DNA of 64,000 nucleotides, taken from assembly GCA_043826455.1 (NCBI GenBank), contig JBDRQD010000002.1, forward strand, positions 26,181 through 90,180, given 5' to 3'. This stretch comes from Candidatus Bathyarchaeota archaeon (GTDB lineage Archaea; Thermoproteota; Bathyarchaeia; TCS64). The notes beneath the pieces were generated by a model. That model did no database searches and was not told the origin of the DNA. It worked only from the letters and a program-made list of their open reading frames with translations. Below are positions 57,054 through 64,000 of the stretch, in pieces. The translations under genes and the position numbers were made by a program. How positions within the stretch are numbered: position 1 is the stretch's first letter; every line of letters starts with the position of its first letter.

Positions 57054-58430
57054 TCAGAGCTTGGCCTCTATCTCCGCTATCTTCCTCTCAATCTCTTGGC
57101 TTGTCCAGCCCCCCAGGGAGTTGAACTCGAAGGCGGGGTAATGTATCTCCGGCCTCAGCTTCAAGTGGGACCAGCTTATGGTCTTGACGTTGTCCCTGAG
57201 CCGCTCAGCCAGGGCCACCCTGAGCCTGCCTCTGCTCTCAAAGGGCGGCTCATTAAAAGCCCTCTCCACGTCGTCCTCGGACACCACAGTCTTCAGTCCG
57301 CGCCTCTCCACCAGCTCCTCGTAGAGGGGGTCCGTGACCGCCGTGTATTGAAACAGGGCAGCCTCCTTGGCGGCTTCAGGCCCCAGGCCCTCCTCCAGTT
57401 CGAACTCGTCCAGGCCCTCCTCGGCAAGCCTCTTCTTGATGACCCACTCGACGGAAGTGTCCAGGCTCTCTATATGGCCCTCGTCCAGCTTTCCCAGGAC
57501 CCACTTGAACATCCGCAGCGCCTCAAGGTCGTGGTCCCCCGGCTCGGCCTCCGAGAACACCTTCTCGACGGCGTCCAGATAATACGTGTTCAGGTAGTCC
57601 ACAGCCTTCATTCTTCCCCCGTCGGCCAGCGGGACCTCCCAGTCTCCCCGGAGGTTCATGGACATTACCTTGTTGGACTCGATGGGGTCCAGTACTTCGG
57701 GCACATGGGTGAGGTGCCCGGCCTCCAGCGCCTTGAGGACGTAGCCCGTGACGCTGTGCTTGAGGAACGTGGTGAGCTCCGACCTGGCCCCCTCTCCGTT
57801 AACTATATGCGCCCTCACATAGCCGTCCCCGGCGTGGGGCTCGTCCCGGGTGCTGACGATGGGGTAGTCGGTGCTCACCTCGCTGTAAACCTTCTTGGGG
57901 AAGATGACCCTGGGGCTCATCATATAGACTCCGTCCATGATCCCACCTGCTCCGCAGAAGACCTGCCTGAGGATCAGGTACGGCACCAGCAGGCTCTGTC
58001 CCTTGAGGTAGCTGCTCCTCTCCACCAGGTAGTTCTCGTGGCTTCCCACCGTAGTGTACCGCCGCTCACCCTTGGGGTCGGCGGCGATGTTAGTCTTGTA
58101 CAGGTGCACCAGCTGCCCCTTCTCCTCCTCGTGGGCCCACGAGGCCAGCCGGGCGTAGGCCTCACACGCCTTGTCGTAGGCCACCAGCTCCAGCGGGTTC
58201 CTGCACTCAGGGGTGCAGGCCTCGAAGAGGTTGGAGTGGACGTAGCAGAGGCCGCCGTTTCGTAGGAACGCCCTGGGCACGCCGTCGTCGGGCTTGAACA
58301 CGTATGCCCCCTTCCTCCCCAGGGCCTCGAAGAGCTCCACGGGCCGTGAGCCCGAGGCGTACTCCTGCTCGGCGCCCTGCCACAAGTCCAGAGACAATGG
58401 TACCCTGAATCTGGGCCCCGGATGCCTCAT
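57054..58430 (-). CDS. Pup ligase/deamidase (PafA/Dop) family protein, paralogue 1
   Basis: GAEQEY, FLRNGG, E..TPEC, DKACE, GSHENYL, RQVFCGAG, PIVSTRDEPHA, EWVIKK, PP..SRG.LR; start may be TTG 58397. Confidence 0.92.
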   Translation of the reverse strand: MRHPGPRFRVPLSLDLWQGAEQEYASGSRPVELFEALGRKGAYVFKPDDGVPRAFLRNGGLCYVHSNLFEACTPECRNPLELVAYDKACEAYARLASWAHEEEKGQLVHLYKTNIAADPKGERRYTTVGSHENYLVERSSYLKGQSLLVPYLILRQVFCGAGGIMDGVYMMSPRVIFPKKVYSEVSTDYPIVSTRDEPHAGDGYVRAHIVNGEGARSELTTFLKHSVTGYVLKALEAGHLTHVPEVLDPIESNKVMSMNLRGDWEVPLADGGRMKAVDYLNTYYLDAVEKVFSEAEPGDHDLEALRMFKWVLGKLDEGHIESLDTSVEWVIKKRLAEEGLDEFELEEGLGPEAAKEAALFQYTAVTDPLYEELVERRGLKTVVSEDDVERAFNEPPFESRGRLRVALAERLRDNVKTISWSHLKLRPEIHYPAFEFNSLGGWTSQEIERKIAEIEAKL

Positions 58431-58496
58431 ATAATTTGCGATCCGGGCGGTACGAGCCGTTAAATAATTACGGTAAATACATACAACTGTGGTTTT

Positions 58497-60206
58497 ATGG
58501 CGGGAAAGGTGCCGGACGAGCTCTTCGCGGACCTGGTCCTAGTGAACGGGAAGATCGTCACAGTGGACAAGTACGACACCATAGCGGAGGCCGTCGCGTG
58601 TAAGGGAGAGAAGATCATCAAGGTAGGCTCCACCGGTGAGGTGCGGGCCTACGCAGGCAAGCACACCAAGGTCATCGATCTTGGGGGGAAGCTGGTCACC
58701 CCGGGGTTCGTGGACACCCACGCCCACTTCAGCCACGGAGGCAGACGCGTCAGGACCGTTGACCTCCGCTACGTGCGGAGCATGGACGCCCTCATAGAGG
58801 AGCTGAGGAAGAAGGCCGAGGCTACGCCCGCGGGCCGATGGGTACAGGGCTACGGGTACAACGAGTCCAAGCTGAAGGAGAAGAGGTTCCCCAACAGGTA
58901 CGACCTGGACAAGGCGTCCACGGATCACCCCATCTCGGTGACACGGCAGGGGGGCCACGACGGGATGAGGGTCAACAGCCTGGCCCTGGAGCTGGCCGGC
59001 ATATCCAAGGACACCCCGGACCCGGAGCCCCCGTCCCTCATCGAGCGTGACCCAGAGACCGGGGAGCCCCTGGGCAACCTCCGGGAGGAGGCCGAGAAGC
59101 CGGTCCAGGACCTCATGGCCAAGGAGCCCCCCGTCACACGGGAGGAGATGAAGGAGGGTATACGGGACACCATCCGGCTGTTCCTGTCCTGGGGCATCAC
59201 CAGCCTCCAGGAGCCCGGCGCCCCCATGGACTTTTTACCCATTTACCAGGAGATGCTTAATGACGGCGAGTTCCCCATAAGGAACAGCTTCCTGATAGCG
59301 GCTCCCGCCATGGGGCGATCGTACTACCGGAACGAGAGGTACCAGCTAGCCGTGGACATCAGCGTGGAGGCTGGGTACATGACCCACTTCGGCGACAGCC
59401 ACCTCAAGTTCGCGGGCATCAAGCTTGGCCACGACGGCAGCATGAGCGCCGGCAACTGCGCCGTCTACGAGCCCTACCTCAACTACCCCACCCCGGACAA
59501 CTATGGCGTCGTCCACGGGTACACCAACGAGGAGCTGACCGACGGCAGGGCCCTCGCCGAGTTCGCCCCCCTGGTGGTGAAGCTACACGACGCGGGGATG
59601 AGGTGCGGCATAGGAGCCATCGGCGACAGGGGCATCGACTTCTTCCTGGACGCCATCGAGACGGCCCACAGCAAGAGCCCCAGGAAGGACGCCAGGCACA
59701 GCCTGGAGCACTGCAGCCTCCCTACGAAGAAGGGCCTGGAAAGGATGAAGCGGATGGACGTGACCAGCTCGACCTCAGTGGGCTTCGGCTGGGAGCTGGG
59801 GGACCAGCACAGAAGCTTCATGGGGATGGAGAGAATGAAGCGGTACATGCCCATGAGGAGCTTCAAGGAGATGGGCATAGTGGCCAGCGGCAACGCGGAC
59901 TGGCCCGTGTGCAGCGCTAATGTCGTGGAGGGCATCCACGTCTGCGTAAACAGGACCAGTGAGACGGGCCAGGACCTGAGCAGGAGCCAGGCCATAAGTG
60001 TAATGGACGCCATAAGGGTGTACACCTGGAACGGGGCGTACATCACCTTTGAGGAGGACATCAAGGGCAGCATCGAGCCCGGGAAGCTGGCCGACATGGT
60101 GGTTCTGGACACTGACATCCTTACTTGTCCCCCCGGGGACATAGTGAAGGCCAAGGCGCTCACCACCATCGTGGATGGCAGGGTGGTCTACCAGAGAGAT
60201 GGGTAG
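58497..60206 (+). CDS. Amidohydrolase_3 (YtcJ-like) protein
   Basis: PGFVDTHAH, NSLAL..AGI, KL..DGS, EH, KGSIEPGKLAD. Confidence 0.92.
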   Translation: MAGKVPDELFADLVLVNGKIVTVDKYDTIAEAVACKGEKIIKVGSTGEVRAYAGKHTKVIDLGGKLVTPGFVDTHAHFSHGGRRVRTVDLRYVRSMDALIEELRKKAEATPAGRWVQGYGYNESKLKEKRFPNRYDLDKASTDHPISVTRQGGHDGMRVNSLALELAGISKDTPDPEPPSLIERDPETGEPLGNLREEAEKPVQDLMAKEPPVTREEMKEGIRDTIRLFLSWGITSLQEPGAPMDFLPIYQEMLNDGEFPIRNSFLIAAPAMGRSYYRNERYQLAVDISVEAGYMTHFGDSHLKFAGIKLGHDGSMSAGNCAVYEPYLNYPTPDNYGVVHGYTNEELTDGRALAEFAPLVVKLHDAGMRCGIGAIGDRGIDFFLDAIETAHSKSPRKDARHSLEHCSLPTKKGLERMKRMDVTSSTSVGFGWELGDQHRSFMGMERMKRYMPMRSFKEMGIVASGNADWPVCSANVVEGIHVCVNRTSETGQDLSRSQAISVMDAIRVYTWNGAYITFEEDIKGSIEPGKLADMVVLDTDILTCPPGDIVKAKALTTIVDGRVVYQRDG

Positions 60207-60336
60207 CAGCGGCCGCGCGATAAAAAGGTGGAACGAGGCCGTTTGGAAAGGTTATTGGTTAGAGGTGGTGGGGCCGGAAGGATACACTTATTTAAGATGG
60301 CTTATTTCGCCTTTTAAGGGACTTATTTTGAGGTGT

Positions 60337-60687
60337 TTAAAAACTGCCTGCAGCTTTTCTTGTTTCCTTGGGGAACTCTTCAAGTAGCTTCGCAATGAAG
60401 CGTGATGCAAGATGTTCTTTGAGCTGCGTTTCGCTATATCTATGGTGGTATACACGGTGGTGGCCTCCCTTCCCCGTTCTCTCCTCGTAGTCCAGTATAC
60501 CGTTGTCCACCATGGCGTTGAGGCTATTGATGACACTGGCCCGGCTGATCAAGCCCTCAAGCTGCTCATTGGCATTCAGCCACACCTCTTTGCTCTTCGC
60601 GCCTTCCGGGACGGTCCACAGATAATTTAAAGCAAGTACTTGGTAGGGCTTGAAGAACATCTCGTAGCCTTGCTTCGACAGATCCAT
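60337..60687 (-). CDS. BlaI/MecI/CopY-like winged-helix regulator
   Basis: LNYLW, ISRASVINSLNAMVD.GIL, GKGG..RVY. Confidence 0.75.
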   Translation of the reverse strand: MDLSKQGYEMFFKPYQVLALNYLWTVPEGAKSKEVWLNANEQLEGLISRASVINSLNAMVDNGILDYEERTGKGGHHRVYHHRYSETQLKEHLASRFIAKLLEEFPKETRKAAGSF

Positions 60688-61076
60688 TTGGATAGAAAAG
60701 GCACGAGTCTAGATTGGAGTCCACTCGTCTACGCTTAAGTTAACTATCTCAGGTTAGATGTGAAGTTCGAACCCCACCCTCAGTGGAGATATCTCCCGCT
60801 GATTTCCCCTTTTTCATTTTGTCGTTTAAGGGTAGGCTTTTTGCCTGTGTTATGTATCAAAATGATATCAACTGAACCAACAAGTTACTAAGGCTCTCGA
60901 TCCGTGTCCTACAGGGTAGAGAGTTCAAGGCTCACCCAAACTCGTTGAAGAATAAGATCTACGGGCCATAGATAGAAAATTAAGCTATTTATCATATTTA
61001 TAGTAGGAAAATGATTGTTTTCTAAGCTCTTGTTGAGGGAAAGTGTGAAGAAAAATAAAACCAAGCTAACTGAAGC

Positions 61077-61292
61077 TTATACTTCTTCTCTCTCAAGACT
61101 GAGAAGGTGTTGATAGGCATCTCTGTTTCTCTCAAATCGTTTCATTAATTGTGCCCATTCATAGTCGCTGCTCTTTGTTCGAATTTGCCTTAATGATTCA
61201 CGGATACAGTCGAGATGCTCCATGTGCACATCTACAAACCGTTTATCCACTATCATCTTACAGCACTTGCAGACTTTTAATGTATCTGTCAT
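61077..61292 (-). CDS. Small hypothetical protein, possible Zn finger
   Basis: CxxC..HxxH..C pattern, 71 aa, in AT-rich region. Confidence 0.45.
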   Translation of the reverse strand: MTDTLKVCKCCKMIVDKRFVDVHMEHLDCIRESLRQIRTKSSDYEWAQLMKRFERNRDAYQHLLSLEREEV

Positions 61293-61557
61293 CGACTAGT
61301 GGATAAATTATAATAGACATAAATATTTTAATAATTATTTGTATGAACATTATTTACATCTATTTAATTTCCTAAAGTCATAGTGATATATAGGATAGGT
61401 CTTTAATTAAGAGTCAGATATAATACTAAGGACTAGCATTTAATGTCTAATATTTACACTGTATAAAAGAGAAATCACGTTTAATATAGATTATCGTAAT
61501 TGCCGAATTCATTCTATACGTGTCATACGGTATATTCATGCATAGCTAATTAAAGAT

Positions 61558-62301
61558 CTACATTAAAGTAACGTAGGATATCTGCCTAGACCGACCATCC
61601 ACATCGACCAAATCGTTCTTCTTCAAGAGGCCTAACAGCTTTTCGTTAGGAGCTTCAATAACAACATGTTCTCGGCCTTCAAGAAAATCGTATAACATAA
61701 TGGTTCCATATCCCTTGTTTCTATACTGAGGCGCGACGAATATTTGCCTAAGACAATGGAAAGACCCCTTCTCAAATATCTGTTGACTATTGGCTAGATA
61801 ATACCCTACAGCCTCCCCTTCAACCCACAATATTTTCCCATCCTGTAGTCTTGAGCTTAGCCACGCTCCTCCTTCCTCGTTGGCGCACGTCTTAAAGTAG
61901 ATGACAGCGAATAGGTCCTGCCTGTCATTGACCTTCAAGAGACCTTCTTTTCGCTCATTAAACAGTGCCTCTCGGCTCGATATCCACCGTCTTGTAAGTT
62001 TGACTGCAATTATTTTTTTACAAAAAGGACAAACGAGTTGTTGAATCTTGTACCGACTCATTATATTCCCAGAAGAGCAAGTTACGTCTTCACCGCAGTC
62101 TGGACAAACAATTGTCTGTACACGTTGTGTAATCCACGGCAACTTGGAGTCATCTTCGCCAAAGTCGTGACCACAGTAGTAGCAAATAAAACGATCAATC
62201 CCATCAACTCCTTCTGTTTTTACTAAGTATTCGTGTTTTTTTCTGCATTTTGGACATATTAGTAGTGGGAGGCGGGATCGTTTGAACTTAAGTGGGGACA
62301 T
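61558..62301 (-). CDS. Double zinc-ribbon plus GNAT acetyltransferase
   Basis: CPKC, CYYC, CPDC, CPFC then LRQIFVAPQYRNKGYG. Confidence 0.75.
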   Translation of the reverse strand: MSPLKFKRSRLPLLICPKCRKKHEYLVKTEGVDGIDRFICYYCGHDFGEDDSKLPWITQRVQTIVCPDCGEDVTCSSGNIMSRYKIQQLVCPFCKKIIAVKLTRRWISSREALFNERKEGLLKVNDRQDLFAVIYFKTCANEEGGAWLSSRLQDGKILWVEGEAVGYYLANSQQIFEKGSFHCLRQIFVAPQYRNKGYGTIMLYDFLEGREHVVIEAPNEKLLGLLKKNDLVDVDGRSRQISYVTLM

Positions 62302-62346
62302 ACTACATAAATATGGTCTATTGAGAGTGAAAAAATATTGTGGGGG

Positions 62347-62739
62347 CTAGGTTTCTAGTTTAGAGTAATATTTCGTTAGGACTCTGTCTGCTCTCTCTTT
62401 GGAGACGGTTCTGAAGGCCTCGTCGATGCTTTTCCTTGTGTGGAGGATGTTGACTAGCTCCTTTTTTGAAGAGACGACATTGCTCCATGAAGACTCAGGG
62501 TTCTTGAGTTTGCCTGTTCTTTTAGCTAGACGGATATATGATCTCTTTATCTCCTTTCCTAGGAGCGGTGATGTGAGGGCTTGGCTTAAGGTAAGGTTGT
62601 TCTTACGCATAGCTTCGGTAGCTGTTTCCAGGGCGGCGAGAACTGCTAGAGGTTTCTCACCTGCATATCTGTATGGGGCTCTGTTGGCGAGCTCGTCGAT
62701 GAAGAGTTCGATGATGTCAAGCTCTTGTTTTTCGACCAT
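62347..62739 (-). CDS. Hypothetical protein
   Basis: 130-aa ORF co-oriented with the GNAT gene, 45-bp gap. Confidence 0.6.
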   Translation of the reverse strand: MVEKQELDIIELFIDELANRAPYRYAGEKPLAVLAALETATEAMRKNNLTLSQALTSPLLGKEIKRSYIRLAKRTGKLKNPESSWSNVVSSKKELVNILHTRKSIDEAFRTVSKERADRVLTKYYSKLET

Positions 62740-62848
62740 GACACTATATAATTATTATCTGCTTATGAAATTAAATTGATTGGCGGATTGTCTTCTAAGG
62801 CGTAAATTTTTAGAGTATGTTCAGTCAAGGCTCCAAGCAATAGTCATA

Positions 62849-62963
62849 TTTTCTATTTTCGATCATAATACCCCGTAAAATGGTGTATTGTGACCAGAAA
62901 CAGAAATAATTATTAGCCGATGCGAAGATACTACCCCCTAGAAAGGGGTATAATGATCAAAAT
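62849..62963. promoter_or_regulatory. Two inverted repeats with 7-bp spacers upstream of abiEi
   Basis: Arms 62849-62874 / 62882-62907 (19/26 complementary); second TACCCC-N7-GGGGTA whose right arm 62945-62963 complements the first left arm at 16/19. Confidence 0.65.
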
Positions 62964-63765
62964 GAGTAACATCGAAAGCACCTACACGTGGCTGCTCCAG
63001 CAAAACACAGCTACAATCCAGGAAATCACAGAGCAATACAGGGAGCACAATGAGGCAGCCACAGCGAAATACGTCTACGACAAAGTGATCACTCCAATGA
63101 TCAGGCAGGGCAGAGCCCAGCGCATCCGCCGTGGCCTCTACACGGCGGTCGACCCCTTGACAGGGAAACCGGCTGCCGACTCCATAATAGTAGCCAGCAA
63201 ACTCAGGCCTGAGTACTACCTGGGTTACCACACCGCTCTAACCCTTCACGGGGCAGCATACAGCGCCTCCACGCAGACCCAGGTATGTGTTAAGCCCCGT
63301 GACAACTTCAGGGAGTTCAACATCGGCGGCAACACGATAAAACCGGTATACACAAGCGACACAGAGACCAGTATCCAGGCTCTCCGCTACCGTGGATACA
63401 GCGTCAGGGTCTGCGGCAAGGAGAGGCTCCTCATAGAGTGTCTCGACAAGCCCAAACATGTTGGGGGGTGGGAGCAGACTCTGAAGAGCTTGGAAACCTT
63501 GGGTGGCGTCGAGTACCAGCAGATACCGGGGCTGCTAAGGATGATCGGTAACCAGAAGCAGACACGCGTCACGGGCTATGTACTGGAGCTGCTTAGGCAG
63601 CACAGCGTCTACCACCGCCACCTCCCCGAGGACACACTGAATGCGCTTGAGGGCATGGTGGAGGGGCCGCCCACGTACCTGGTCAGGGGCGTCCCCGGGC
63701 CGCTGGACAGGCGGTGGAGGCTGTACATCCCTGAGTACTTCGCAGGCCTTCTCCGAGGAATCTGA
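62953..63765 (+). CDS. abiEi: Type IV TA antitoxin AbiEi family
   Basis: N-terminal wHTH RIRRGLY, YLGYHTAL..HG, ERLLIECLD.P...GG; start ATG 62953 or 62962. Confidence 0.88.
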   Translation: MIKMSNIESTYTWLLQQNTATIQEITEQYREHNEAATAKYVYDKVITPMIRQGRAQRIRRGLYTAVDPLTGKPAADSIIVASKLRPEYYLGYHTALTLHGAAYSASTQTQVCVKPRDNFREFNIGGNTIKPVYTSDTETSIQALRYRGYSVRVCGKERLLIECLDKPKHVGGWEQTLKSLETLGGVEYQQIPGLLRMIGNQKQTRVTGYVLELLRQHSVYHRHLPEDTLNALEGMVEGPPTYLVRGVPGPLDRRWRLYIPEYFAGLLRGI

Positions 63766-63766
63766 C

Positions 63767-64000
63767 GTGATAGGCTACGACATAAGGGAGCTCCAGTCAA
63801 GGTACCCCTACAGCCCAGCGGTGCTGGAGAAGGTGTGCCGTATAAGCGACTTTATGGCTCAGGTTTCAGTTATTCCGTTCCTAAGGGAGCACCTGTCCCT
63901 TTACGGTGGGACCGCCCTCAACTTCGTCCACCTCAGGCCGCCCCGGCGCTTCAGCGTTGACATAGACTTCAACTACCGGCACATGGGCGAGTCACGGGAC
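63767..64000 (+). CDS. abiEii: AbiEii/AbiGii nucleotidyltransferase toxin (runs off window edge)
   Basis: Manual translation ..VLEKV..LYGGTALN..RFSVDIDFNY; GTG 1 bp after abiEi stop. Confidence 0.9.
   Translation, partial: MIGYDIRELQSRYPYSPAVLEKVCRISDFMAQVSVIPFLREHLSLYGGTALNFVHLRPPRRFSVDIDFNYRHMGESRD

Noticed and set aside
56829..58265. 478-aa plus-strand ORF
   Set aside because: Antisense shadow of the Pup-ligase-family genes; no motifs, expected with high GC3.
60700..64000. Calling the island a defined mobile element
   Set aside because: No integrase, transposase or confirmed terminal repeats within the window.

Overview
GC-rich prokaryotic chromosome segment that reads as archaeal (archaeal-type tRNAs, TATA-like boxes just upstream of many starts, C-terminal GIxxFP-TM-basic sorting tails); a Bathyarchaeia-like heterotroph is my inference, not proven. 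The standout is a co-oriented minus-strand gene trio at 55266-58430: two Pup-ligase/deamidase (PafA/Dop) family paralogues followed by an unannotated 38-aa Lys-rich ORF with its own Shine-Dalgarno that ends in Gly-Glu (…AAPPGE), i.e. a candidate archaeal Pup/UBact-like protein-tagging system. Second is a complete bacillithiol-type thiol cluster (bshB, bshC, bshA, thioredoxin-like protein, two DinB S-transferase-like genes) at 0.8-7.1 kb. The rest: secreted Kelch proteins, a beta-lactamase-fold/D-aminopeptidase cluster, tRNA-Leu(GAG) and tRNA-His(GUG), transporters, gcvPA/PB, a DUF1537 kinase-PdxA-LarA-like sugar-acid operon, two gene remnants and a start-less APH frame, several phased operator arrays, and an AT-rich island ending in an AbiEi/AbiEii toxin-antitoxin pair. 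All family calls come from motif recognition by eye; no searches were run.
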